A stretch of 64,000 nucleotides of DNA from Prochlorococcus sp. AG-363-A16. GTDB lineage: Bacteria; Cyanobacteriota; Cyanobacteriia; PCC-6307; Cyanobiaceae. Below are positions 9,989 to 19,218 of the stretch, in pieces (position 1 is the stretch's first letter; the number at the start of each line of letters is the position of its first letter). The notes below the pieces were generated by a model. That model was not told the DNA's origin. It was given only the letters and a program-made list of their open reading frames with translations, and did no database searches. The stretch lies in assembly GCA_003280345.1 (NCBI GenBank), contig QCFB01000004.1:10438-74437 (forward strand). Direction: 5' to 3'. A program made the position numbers and the translations under genes.

Positions 9989-11248
9989 TTGGGGATTGTA
10001 TGCTTAACTTACGAGAGTAAGGTTATAGTTTCGAAACAGATACTAACCAATGCCATGGATATTCTTGAAAAGGTAAAGTCCATAAAAGATCTTTTATTAA
10101 TACAAGACATAGATGGTGTTTGTATTCCATTAGTCAAAGATCCTTTAATGAGGAAGATTGATGCAAGCTATGTTAGGGCGGCGGTTAAGTTGGGAGATGA
10201 GTTTAGTGTGCTAACAAATGGAGAGCATGAAGGGAGGCGAGGAGTAAACAGGTTAGTTGAAAGATCACTAGATAAGAATTTTGCAGAAGTTGCAAAAGAA
10301 GGGTTCTTTCTCCCTGGTTTAGCAGCAGGTGGAGTTCAGTATCAGGATAACTTTGGGAATCTTAGTCATCCAGGAGTTTCGACTTCAGAAAAGAATTTCT
10401 TGGCTAGTATTCCGCAACAGATGCAAGTATCCTTAGAAAAAAAACTTTCAATATTGATGCCCGCTCTAAGTAAAGAAGATGTAAGGAAACAATCACATTT
10501 GTCAATTTTAGATACTGAATTATCTCCAACTATAAATCTAAATCGTCTTTTTGAACTTATTCCAAATAATGTAAGTCAAAAAAGGGAATTACAATCTATG
10601 ATTAATGATGTTATGCAAGAGATTATTGCTATTGCAAAAGAAAATGGATATAATAATTCATTCCACTTACATATAGCCCCAAATTTAGGCTTAAATGGAG
10701 AACTAGAAATAATTAAATATGCAGATTCTGGTGATGTTGGAACTACCGATATTCAGTTAATGTTAAGTGGAGCGAATAAAGAAGCCGGTGTTTTAGTTCT
10801 AATTAACAGATATATTATGAAAAAAGATGGCAAGGCTCCATTAGGTGAGAATTTCAATTCAAGAGTTGCCCCGAAGTCTATAAAGGAGCAAGTGGAACTT
10901 TGTATAAAGAACATACCTCAAAGCAAAATGCCATTGATAATAGGAGTAGGGGATACAGTTACATCCACAAAATCAACTGAAAATAATAAATGGCTAAGAG
11001 GTGGAAGTGATAGAGGCTTTCTTACTTTAATTCAGGAGCTAGGCAAGGCTTATGATAAAGACAATCAAATCTTTATTGTTGATAGTAGTGGAGGAGAGGT
11101 AGAGAGGCCATCATTACTTAACAAAAACCTCACTGGAATATCAGACCCTTATGATCCCCTTAAGTTTAATATCTTATTTAAGGATGGACCAGAAGAATAT
11201 ATATCATGGTTTAAAGAGTTAGTAAAAATTCGATCTAATGATAAATAG
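9989..11248 (+). CDS. stpA: Glucosylglycerol-phosphate phosphatase (StpA/GgpP family)
   Basis: Colinear with Synechocystis StpA as recalled: LLIQDIDGVC, VLTNGEHEGRRGV, LPGLAAGGVQYQD, GTTDIQLML, KEAGVLVLINRY, MPLIIGVGDTVTS, RGGSDRGFLTLIQELG. TTG start in the track; ATG at 10055 is an alternative. Confidence 0.8.
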   Translation: MGIVCLTYESKVIVSKQILTNAMDILEKVKSIKDLLLIQDIDGVCIPLVKDPLMRKIDASYVRAAVKLGDEFSVLTNGEHEGRRGVNRLVERSLDKNFAEVAKEGFFLPGLAAGGVQYQDNFGNLSHPGVSTSEKNFLASIPQQMQVSLEKKLSILMPALSKEDVRKQSHLSILDTELSPTINLNRLFELIPNNVSQKRELQSMINDVMQEIIAIAKENGYNNSFHLHIAPNLGLNGELEIIKYADSGDVGTTDIQLMLSGANKEAGVLVLINRYIMKKDGKAPLGENFNSRVAPKSIKEQVELCIKNIPQSKMPLIIGVGDTVTSTKSTENNKWLRGGSDRGFLTLIQELGKAYDKDNQIFIVDSSGGEVERPSLLNKNLTGISDPYDPLKFNILFKDGPEEYISWFKELVKIRSNDK

Positions 11249-11415
11249 ATTATACAAGACAAAATTTTATTTATTAAGTAGAGTGCAAAGCTATCTTGTT
11301 AAGATTTACTTCTCAAGCAGATCGTTAAATATTGAATACAATACAACATGATTCAAGAAATAATTCTTGGTATATTTTTGCTGTAAAGTATAAACCACAA
11401 ATTTTATTCAGCTAA

Positions 11416-12345
11416 TTGATGTTCCCAAAGATTGAAAGAAAAGAGTTAACATGTCTTCAAGTAAATATTGGTTACAAATGTAATCAGGCATGTTCTCATT
11501 GCCATGTAGATGCGAGTCCATACAGAACTGAAATGATGGATAAAGATACTCTTAGTCTAATTCCTAAAGTTCTGAAAAAGTATTCGCTAACCTCTCTTGA
11601 CATCACAGGAGGTGCGCCTGAAATGCATCCAGGGTTTAAAGAGTTGGTTAGAGAAGCAAGAGATCTTGAAGTTGAAGTTATCAATCGGTGCAACCTCACA
11701 ATACTTTCAGAACCAGGATATGAAGATTTGGCTAGCTTCATGGCAGAAAACCAAGTAACTGTTGTCGCTTCGTTACCCTGTTATTTAAAAGAAAATGTTG
11801 ATAAACAAAGAGGTAAGGATGTATTTGAAAAGAGCATAACTGGACTACATAAATTAAATGCAATGGGATATGGTAACCCCACTAAGGGACTAATATTGAA
11901 TCTAGTGTTTAACCCCCAAGGACCAGTATTACCTCCATCTCAACAAAAGCTAGAAACAGAATATCGAAGGGAATTACTAATGAGTCATGGAATTCATTTT
12001 AATAGCTTATTTACCATTGTAAATATGCCAATTAATAGATTCTCAAGAGATTTAGAGCGCGCAGGACTCTTAGATGAATACAACTTATTGTTGGAAAGTT
12101 CTTTCAATCCATCTAATCTAGACTCTGTTATGTGCAGAAACCTTATAAGTGTTAATTGGAAGGGTGAGTTGTTTGATTGTGATTTCAATCAACAACTGAT
12201 GCAAAAAATGCCTGGGAACTTAAACCACTTAAGGGATCTACTTAATAACAATCTTAAGATTGTTGATTCGCCAATCTCCGTCGGGCAGCATTGTTATGGT
12301 TGTACTGCAGGAAGCGGCTCAAGTTGTAGTGGGTCATTAACTTAA
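11416..12345 (+). CDS. arsS: Radical SAM/Cys-rich-domain protein (ArsS-like, arsenosugar-type rSAM family)
   Basis: CX3CX2C motif CNQACSHC. Characteristic C-terminus HCYGCTAGSGSSCSGSL (Cys where some homologs have Sec). ATG at 11419 directly follows the TTG at 11416. Confidence 0.8.
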   Translation: MMFPKIERKELTCLQVNIGYKCNQACSHCHVDASPYRTEMMDKDTLSLIPKVLKKYSLTSLDITGGAPEMHPGFKELVREARDLEVEVINRCNLTILSEPGYEDLASFMAENQVTVVASLPCYLKENVDKQRGKDVFEKSITGLHKLNAMGYGNPTKGLILNLVFNPQGPVLPPSQQKLETEYRRELLMSHGIHFNSLFTIVNMPINRFSRDLERAGLLDEYNLLLESSFNPSNLDSVMCRNLISVNWKGELFDCDFNQQLMQKMPGNLNHLRDLLNNNLKIVDSPISVGQHCYGCTAGSGSSCSGSLT

Positions 12346-12469
12346 GCAAACTTCCTCTTATCTACTTAATCTATGCAGTTAATATAGATATTTTTTAAAA
12401 GAGTTTACTTGGTAAGCAAACAAGTATAAGTAATAGTATATGTTTCCTTTTCTATGCACTTAAGAATAG

Positions 12470-12922
12470 TTATTGACATTTTGGGCAAATTGCACGGACA
12501 TTTAATGTTGATTCAATCAGTTGAAATCCTATTTTTTCTGCAGCAATGCGACCTGCATCAAGAACTTGACTACTCTCAAACTCTTCAGTTCTTCCACATC
12601 TGACACAAACCAAATGATGATGGTCAGGATGATCATGACTAGAGAGTTCAAAACGATGCCCTCCTTCATTCAGCTCTAGTTCATGCAGGAATCCCATTGA
12701 AACAAGTAATCGGAGAGTCCTATAAATCGTCGCAAGAGAAACTTTCGATTTTTCCTGAACTAGTTGATGATGAACTTCTTCGGCACTTAGATGAGTACCA
12801 GTTCCAATGCGCTCAAAAAGTTCGAGTACTTTGCGCCTTTGAGGGGTAAGCCTCCTCCCATCTTGATGTAAGCCTACTTCTAGTGGTCCGCCTATGCGAT
12901 TTACTGGTATAGGTGCTGCCAT
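12470..12922 (-). CDS. Fur-family metalloregulator (Fur/Zur/PerR type not resolved)
   Basis: Winged-helix LTPQRRKVLELF...ATIYRTLRLL, HHHLVCVRCGRTEEF and a C-terminal CPKC zinc site. Confidence 0.85.
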   Translation of the reverse strand: MAAPIPVNRIGGPLEVGLHQDGRRLTPQRRKVLELFERIGTGTHLSAEEVHHQLVQEKSKVSLATIYRTLRLLVSMGFLHELELNEGGHRFELSSHDHPDHHHLVCVRCGRTEEFESSQVLDAGRIAAEKIGFQLIESTLNVRAICPKCQ

Positions 12923-13042
12923 GACATTGAACTATACCTTTCTCAATAATACTTGCTAATGAGAGGGTTAGGATTCAATCCTTTTTTTAGTTTATAAAAA
13001 ATTTATACATTAATCTAAAAAAAACCTTTCTATTTAAAATAA

Positions 13043-13060
13043 ATGATTACTTATAATGAT
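13043..13060. promoter_or_regulatory. Candidate Fur-family operator (AT-rich imperfect palindrome with repeated AATGATT)
   Basis: atgattacttataatgat lies in the divergent fur/isochorismatase intergenic region. 12 of 18 positions are dyad-symmetric and AATGAT occurs twice. AT-rich background makes chance likely. Confidence 0.2.
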
Positions 13061-13145
13061 TTTTTCTCAAATAAAGTCATAGTTGAGGCTATAATATGTG
13101 AGAGTATAGATTCTTTTTGTGATCTATCATAAAGTCAATTTTAAA

Positions 13146-13697
13146 ATGGATGTCCTAAATTCCACCATATTAGTAATAGATGCACAAGATAAATTGCTAA
13201 ATGGTGTTCAAAATAGTGATAAGATAGTTTGGAACATAAAGAGATTAGTTAATGCTGCAAAGATAGTTAAAGTCAATACTATTTGTACAGAACAAAACCC
13301 TGAAAAGCTAGGCCGGACAAATCCTTCTCTATTAGAGGAGTTAGATTTTCAACCAATTAAGAAAATGAGTTTTAGTTGTGTCAAATGTACAAATATTCTT
13401 AATGAATTATTAAAAAGCCAAAACCAAGCTATTCTCCTCTGTGGATTAGAAACACATGTTTGTATTCAACAGACTGCTCTAGACTTAATAAGTAAGGGAT
13501 ACGGAGTTTTTATTGCTGTCGATGCAATAGGGAGTAGGAATGAATTTGACCACGAGATTGCATTAAGGCGCCTTGAGTCCTCGGGTGTAATTCTTACAAC
13601 TACAGAGTCTATTATCTTCGAGTGGTGCGGAACCTCAGATAGAGAAGAGTTCAAAGCTATTAGTAATCTAATAAAGTTAGAATTTTCTAAGTTATAA
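13146..13697 (+). CDS. Isochorismatase-family cysteine hydrolase
   Basis: VIDAQD near the N-terminus and LLCGLETHVCIQQTALDL. ATG at 13146 preferred over the upstream GTG at 13119. Confidence 0.75.
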   Translation: MDVLNSTILVIDAQDKLLNGVQNSDKIVWNIKRLVNAAKIVKVNTICTEQNPEKLGRTNPSLLEELDFQPIKKMSFSCVKCTNILNELLKSQNQAILLCGLETHVCIQQTALDLISKGYGVFIAVDAIGSRNEFDHEIALRRLESSGVILTTTESIIFEWCGTSDREEFKAISNLIKLEFSKL

Positions 13698-13769
13698 AAA
13701 ATACATGCTAAGGGCCTAGCAGAAGTAAAGAATAAGCGGCAAAGTGGTGAGTATGTTCTTTAATACAGA

Positions 13770-14789
13770 ATGAGTGACACCTATAGGGCTCTTCTCCTTT
13801 CAACCGGAATATTTTTTATAGGGGGCCTACTCTCTTTATTAATTGCAAGGCTAGCTAAGCAAATTCTTGGAAGATTTACAGCCAGTACAAAAAGTGAAAC
13901 AGATGACTTTATCTTAGAAATCTTTGTCAGAACAATTAAGCCACTAGGTTGGATAACTAGTGCCTCTATAGCATGGACTATTCTTCCGATTAATGAAGAA
14001 TTAAACAATGCAGTTCTTGGTGTTTTCAAACTTCTCTTTCTTTTAATTGTAGTTAGATTTATAAATAAGCTTTCTTTAAAATTAATTCAAAGATGGGCTA
14101 TCCGAATAGATGATCCTGCTGTAAGCACGATGCTTCGTTCATTGTCACCAATGATAAGAGCAACTATATGGTGCATTGGTTTTGTTTTTTATCTACAAAA
14201 TATGGGGGTACAGATGGCAGCTATATGGGCACTCCTTAGCGCAGGTGGAATTGGTGCAGGTCTAGCTCTTAAAGAACCTGTGCAAGAATTTTTTGAATAT
14301 ATAACTATTTTATTGGATAAACCTTTTCAGAATGGACAATTCATTCATATTGATGATGTATGGGCAACAGTTGAAAGGGTAGGTGTAAGGTCAACTCGTC
14401 TTAGAAGCATTAATGGTGAAATTATTGTAATGAGTAATAGTGCATTAACAAATGGAATTATCTCAAACTATACTGAAATGGAATATAGAAGAATAACCCA
14501 TAAAATTGGTGTTGTTTACCACACACCCCGCCACATATTAGAAAAAATACCAGGAATTGTTAACTCAATAATTGAATTAACAGATGATGCTATTTTCGAC
14601 AGATGTCATTTTGTTAGTTTTGAAGAAAGTAATTTGTGTTTTGAAATAGTTTATTTTGTTCCAACCAATGATTATGTTAGGGCTATGATTGCACAACAGA
14701 ATATCAACCTTGGGATAATAAAATCATTTGAAGAAGAAAAAATCGAATTCGCCTTCCCAACGCAAACTGTAAACATAGTGAGTTCTTAG
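13770..14789 (+). CDS. Small-conductance mechanosensitive channel (MscS family)
   Basis: N-terminal TM helices followed by the MscS beta-domain FIHIDDVWATVERVGVRSTRLRSINGEIIVMSNSAL. Confidence 0.8.
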   Translation: MSDTYRALLLSTGIFFIGGLLSLLIARLAKQILGRFTASTKSETDDFILEIFVRTIKPLGWITSASIAWTILPINEELNNAVLGVFKLLFLLIVVRFINKLSLKLIQRWAIRIDDPAVSTMLRSLSPMIRATIWCIGFVFYLQNMGVQMAAIWALLSAGGIGAGLALKEPVQEFFEYITILLDKPFQNGQFIHIDDVWATVERVGVRSTRLRSINGEIIVMSNSALTNGIISNYTEMEYRRITHKIGVVYHTPRHILEKIPGIVNSIIELTDDAIFDRCHFVSFEESNLCFEIVYFVPTNDYVRAMIAQQNINLGIIKSFEEEKIEFAFPTQTVNIVSS

Positions 14790-14875
14790 GTGCCTATATA
14801 CAAATAACTTAAAGAGTCTTATTTGTGGTATTGTTTTTTTAATGAAACTTATTTTACGGGCCAATAATTTTTAAC

Positions 14876-15055
14876 ATGAATGAATATACCAACAGTCAAA
14901 TTCACAAACTTAAGAGACGTATTGCTGAACTTGATTCCCGTATCAAAAGCCGCTCTCAGTGGACAGATGGTGAATTGACGATTTTTAAGATTCAATTAAA
15001 ATCGTGCAAGTCAAAAATTAAAGAGCTTTTAGAAGAAGGTTCCTTTAAAGAATAA
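14876..15055 (+). CDS. Unlisted 59-aa ORF, predicted helical/coiled-coil small protein
   Basis: ATG...TAA read by hand: MNEYTNSQIHKLKRRIAELDSRIKSRSQWTDGELTIFKIQLKSCKSKIKELLEEGSFKE. A perfect hairpin follows 7 nt downstream. Confidence 0.35.
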   Translation: MNEYTNSQIHKLKRRIAELDSRIKSRSQWTDGELTIFKIQLKSCKSKIKELLEEGSFKE

Positions 15056-15061
15056 TTCATT

Positions 15062-15090
15062 CTAATAAATCCTTCCACAGGATTTATTAG
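15062..15090. terminator. Perfect 11-bp stem hairpin between convergent genes
   Basis: ctaataaatcc / ttccaca / ggatttattag. No long T-run, so terminator function is inferred from position only. Confidence 0.45.
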
Positions 15091-15134
15091 AAATTAATAG
15101 ATTTTCCTCTTCTAAGATAAAAGCTCTAATAAGT

Positions 15135-16157
15135 TTATATTGTAGAGGAAATGCCAATCAATTCCGAACTAAATTCCCATAATGATTTTGCAAGTTCATC
15201 ATCTTTAGCCTCATTACTAATATCTGATCTCTCAAAAACCATTTTTCCTAAACCCTTAACATTATTACTCAAGTAGTTAAATCCACTTAAACAATACTCA
15301 TTGTTAACAGCAATATCCATCAATATTTGTCCTGCCCTCTCAGGGGTTTCTGTAATTTGCAAAATATCTCTAGCTAAAAATGCGAATATCCTCTGTCCTA
15401 ATTCATTGTACTTTCTACTATGTCGGAAAAAACCTTGACTATTTCGAGGGATAACAAGACCAGGGGCCCATGCAATTACTGATATCGGTGAAGCTAGTGA
15501 TTCCAATCTTTTCGCAATTTCACGTGCAAATAGAACATTGCAAAGTTTACTATTTTTGTAAGCCTTATCAGCATCGAAATTAGAATTTCCTCCAAGTATT
15601 TTATTGACATTGGGCTTTGCTAAAAATCTTAAATCATCTATAGAAGCTGCAGCACCAATGCGACCTCCTGAACTATTAGGGTTATGAACTTCTGACGAAG
15701 TTATAACAAATCGTGGTGATTTACTTTTGAGAACTAAAGGTAAAATAAGTTGCGCAAGGCACTGATGCGCTAAATGATTTACGGCAAACGTCAACTCAAA
15801 CCCTTGAGCTGAAAGCCTTGGAGTTTTGGACCCTGTATATTGTAAACCTGCATTAAAAATAGCTGTGTCAATAGTTAGGTCTCTTGAAATAAGTTCAGAC
15901 GCAAAGTCTTTAACACTTTCTAAATTCGATAAATCCATAATCGGAGTGAGCAAAAGTTGGTCGGATTTCATATTCTTATGAATTTCTCTTCGCAGTTCTA
16001 AAGCAACGTTATTAGCAACTTCTTTATTTCGACAAGGCAGAATTAATTGATGCTTATCATTAATCAATTGTTTAGCAGCTTGAAACCCTATTCCAGAGCT
16101 TCCACCTGTAATAAGGACACAACTTTTGTCTTTGACTGTTCTAAACGGGTTATCCAT
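15135..16157 (-). CDS. Short-chain dehydrogenase/reductase, protochlorophyllide-reductase-like paralog
   Basis: ITGGSSGIG, NAG, catalytic YKNSK (POR has YKDSK). ATG at 16157 preferred over TTG at 16166. Confidence 0.75.
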   Translation of the reverse strand: MDNPFRTVKDKSCVLITGGSSGIGFQAAKQLINDKHQLILPCRNKEVANNVALELRREIHKNMKSDQLLLTPIMDLSNLESVKDFASELISRDLTIDTAIFNAGLQYTGSKTPRLSAQGFELTFAVNHLAHQCLAQLILPLVLKSKSPRFVITSSEVHNPNSSGGRIGAAASIDDLRFLAKPNVNKILGGNSNFDADKAYKNSKLCNVLFAREIAKRLESLASPISVIAWAPGLVIPRNSQGFFRHSRKYNELGQRIFAFLARDILQITETPERAGQILMDIAVNNEYCLSGFNYLSNNVKGLGKMVFERSDISNEAKDDELAKSLWEFSSELIGISSTI

Positions 16158-16701
16158 AGTTAACAATATAAAACCTCAGAGATCAATAACGAAAGGCAAT
16201 TCTGATCTTTCGTAGACAAATGATATAAATATTATATTTTTATATCAATCTATTTATTCACTTTAAGATGGTATTTAATATATTTTTATCTTTTAAGCAA
16301 ATCTCAATATTTAAAACTTTATTAATTTAGTAGATATTAAAAAAAGAATTGTTGATTATCGATTAACACAAATTTTTTACTGTGAGAAGAAAAATAGACA
16401 TTATGTCTGTTGCTCTTTCAGATAAAGTCGCTTAGGACCTCACTAAAGCTTTAGCAATTAATTATAGTCGTTGTTATCCAAAAATAACTTTCGTGAAAAT
16501 ACCGTAAAGATTGCAAAATTAATAACGTGTTCATCTCAAATCTCTTTTAACGATCCTAGTCGATGTAATCTCAAAGAACGATGTTTGGAGAAGGCAAGAA
16601 TGCTCGAAGCGAACTGCCGTATCCATTTTCGGCACATTAGTCACCTGTCTCTATGAAAACTAGAAGGTGCGACGAGCCAAATCCAATCAATAAAAAGCGC
16701 A

Positions 16702-17985
16702 ATGGCCACTAAAGCATCTGTAGATGCATTAGTTCTAGGGGCAGGGCCGGGAGCCTTGGCAATAGCCTCTGCGCTTAGCAAAGAGAAACTGCGCGTTGAA
16801 GTCCTTGCTGCTAATGATCCCAAAGATCCTTGGCCCTATACATACGGAATATGGGGAGAAGAAGTAGATGAACTTGGTCTAGGCCACCTTTTAGAACATA
16901 GATGGGTAAACACCGTCAGTTTTTTTGGTGCTGGGTCTCTTGAGCCTAGTGACGATGAGAACAGAGCAACTAGGCATGCGCATGATTATGGTCTATTTGA
17001 CAAAAGAAAATTACAACAACATTGGATAAAACAATGTGACTCAGCCTCAGTAAAATGGCATAGAGGAAAAGCAACTGAGCTTGAGATAGATAATTTCTTT
17101 AGCACTGTTACTACTTCTAATGGCATCAAACTAAAAGCAAGACTTTTGATTGATGCAACTGGATATGAACCCGTTTTCTTAAAGGCTCCTAATCATGGCC
17201 CAATAGCAATTCAAACCTGTTATGGAATTGTTGGCCGTTTTAACCGCCCACCCCTAGATGAGGGGCAATTCGTCCTAATGGACTATCGCTGCGACCATTT
17301 AACAAAAGAGGAAAGAGAAGAGCCTCCGACTTTTCTCTATGCCATGGATATGGGCAATGGCCGATTCTTTTTAGAAGAAACTTCTCTTGGTCTTAGCCCT
17401 CCTCTTACTCTCGAGAAATTGCAATCTCGACTAGATCAGCGATTGGCCCATAGAGGTTTAGAAATAACTTCCCTAGAACACGAAGAATTGGGACTTTTCC
17501 TTCCAATGAATTTACCGGTTCCAGACCTAAAGCAACCAATCTTGGGTTTTGGAGGATCAGCTGCAATGGTTCACCCTGCCTCTGGATATATGGTTGGAGG
17601 CCTGCTTAGAAGGGCTCCTGTACTGGCTAAAGCTATAGCTAGAGCAATGTTGGACAAAAGCGCTACTCCAGCAGATCTAGCATCCAAAGGCTGGGCCGCA
17701 CTGTGGCCGAAAGAACTAAGAAGGAAACAAGCTCTTTACCAATTTGGATTAGAAAAGTTAATGCGATTTGAAGAGACGCAACTAAGGAGTTTCTTCATTG
17801 GATTCTTTGAACTGCCTAAAGAACAATGGTATGGATTTCTCACAAATACACTCTCACTCAATGAACTAGTCAAAGCAATGTGGACAATGTTTGTTAATGC
17901 ACCATGGAGTGTTCGATGGGGCCTAATGGAAATGCAAGGAAGAGAATTACAACTTCTATGGAAATTCCTTAAACCACAAAAATAA
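16702..17985 (+). CDS. crtL: Lycopene cyclase, CrtL type (beta vs epsilon not resolvable by eye)
   Basis: FAD motif DALVLGAGPGALAIA, plus FLYAMD, FLEETSL and GGSAAMVHPASGY. Confidence 0.85.
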   Translation: MATKASVDALVLGAGPGALAIASALSKEKLRVEVLAANDPKDPWPYTYGIWGEEVDELGLGHLLEHRWVNTVSFFGAGSLEPSDDENRATRHAHDYGLFDKRKLQQHWIKQCDSASVKWHRGKATELEIDNFFSTVTTSNGIKLKARLLIDATGYEPVFLKAPNHGPIAIQTCYGIVGRFNRPPLDEGQFVLMDYRCDHLTKEEREEPPTFLYAMDMGNGRFFLEETSLGLSPPLTLEKLQSRLDQRLAHRGLEITSLEHEELGLFLPMNLPVPDLKQPILGFGGSAAMVHPASGYMVGGLLRRAPVLAKAIARAMLDKSATPADLASKGWAALWPKELRRKQALYQFGLEKLMRFEETQLRSFFIGFFELPKEQWYGFLTNTLSLNELVKAMWTMFVNAPWSVRWGLMEMQGRELQLLWKFLKPQK

Positions 17986-17990
17986 GAAAA

Positions 17991-18698
17991 TTGAGAACAA
18001 TACTTATAAGTGGAGCAAATCGTGGAATAGGCCGGTCAATAGCCGAAAGAGCTCTTTCAGATGGGCATAAAGTAAGCTTGGGACTAAGGAATCTAGACAG
18101 CATTAAGGGAACGAAATTAGATCCTTTAATATCAGGCAAAGAAAATATTCTATTAAACAACTATCATTCTGAAGATATTAAAAAAGCTGAATCTTGGGTA
18201 CAATCATCTATTAATTATTTTCAAACATTTGACACTATAATTCACTGTGCAGGCATATTTAACTATGCGAGCCTCTTATGCAAAGATGATGAGATTTATC
18301 AATTCGATGACTTATGGAAAATAAATGTAATGGGGCCACTTTTGCTTACTAGAGCAGCATGGACGGAGCTATGCAAGCATAAAGACTCAAGAATAATAGT
18401 ATTGGTTTCAATGAGTGGAAAAAGGTCAAAAAGTACACTTGCTGGCTATACAATGAGCAAATTCGCATTAATGGGACTTTGCCAAACAATTAGAAATGAA
18501 GGCTGGGAAAAGGGGGTAAGAGTTACCGCTATATGCCCTGGCTGGGTAAATACAGATATGGCTAAAAACATCCAATCTACTCCTAAAGAAAAGATGACTC
18601 AACCTGATGATCTAGCAAAAATAACTTGCGACATACTCAAGCTTCCAAATACATGTATTCCCTTTGAAATTGCAGTGAATTGCTTACTAGAGACGTAG
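17991..18698 (+). CDS. Classical SDR-family oxidoreductase
   Basis: ISGANRGIG and catalytic YTMSK. TTG start 5 nt after the crtL stop. Confidence 0.8.
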   Translation: MRTILISGANRGIGRSIAERALSDGHKVSLGLRNLDSIKGTKLDPLISGKENILLNNYHSEDIKKAESWVQSSINYFQTFDTIIHCAGIFNYASLLCKDDEIYQFDDLWKINVMGPLLLTRAAWTELCKHKDSRIIVLVSMSGKRSKSTLAGYTMSKFALMGLCQTIRNEGWEKGVRVTAICPGWVNTDMAKNIQSTPKEKMTQPDDLAKITCDILKLPNTCIPFEIAVNCLLET

Positions 18699-18964
18699 CA
18701 AGTTTAAAGTTTCATCGCAAATATATCAAGATCATTCATGCTTATTAGTGAAATGTCAAACATGAAGTATTACAGTTATCTAAAGTAGTTCCGACGACAA
18801 TTACTATATAAATTTCATCTTCATGAGCCCCAAGAAAAAAACTATTGCTATCAACCAAATCAAACGCAAAGAGGTCAGTCAAAATTCAGCGATGGCAATT
18901 CATTAATAATGATGGACGAGAAATGTATTCCCTGCTACAAAATGAGAGTTAACTAACTAGGCTC

Positions 18965-19102
18965 ATGACCCAAGAAATTGTAGTCATTCAACTTGCAGCT
19001 CTTTTGATTGCCTCTTCTTATGACCACTCACAACCTGTCATTAAGTGGGGCGGATTAATAATTGCTGTTGGGACTGTAGTCTCAAGCATTTTCGGAGGCT
19101 AA
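18965..19102 (+). CDS. Unlisted 45-aa ORF, putative small membrane protein
   Basis: MTQEIVVIQLAALLIASSYDHSQPVIKWGGLIIAVGTVVSSIFGG has two hydrophobic segments. A strong + strand terminator lies 23 nt downstream. Confidence 0.35.
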   Translation: MTQEIVVIQLAALLIASSYDHSQPVIKWGGLIIAVGTVVSSIFGG

Positions 19103-19124
19103 TCACTCCAATTGTTTAATGGTA

Positions 19125-19190
19125 GCCATGGGCTCACTAATTCAAAAGTCAATTGTTCGAATTAGCGCGCCCATGGCATTTTTATCTTTT
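19125..19190 (+). terminator. Rho-independent-type terminator (GC-rich outer stem plus inner stem, then T-rich tail)
   Basis: gccatgggc (19125-19133) pairs with gcccatggc (19169-19177). Inner pairing is ctaattc/gaattag. Followed by atttttatctttt. Confidence 0.5.
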
Positions 19191-19218
19191 GAAAGTTCTC
19201 CTTGAAAACTTAGTAGAC

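Noticed and set aside
16471-16656. 61-codon ORF in the crtL upstream interval
   Set aside because: TTG start and Cys/Arg-rich unstructured sequence, with an overlapping opposite-strand ORF of similar length. This looks like chance. The interval is reported as a possible leader instead.
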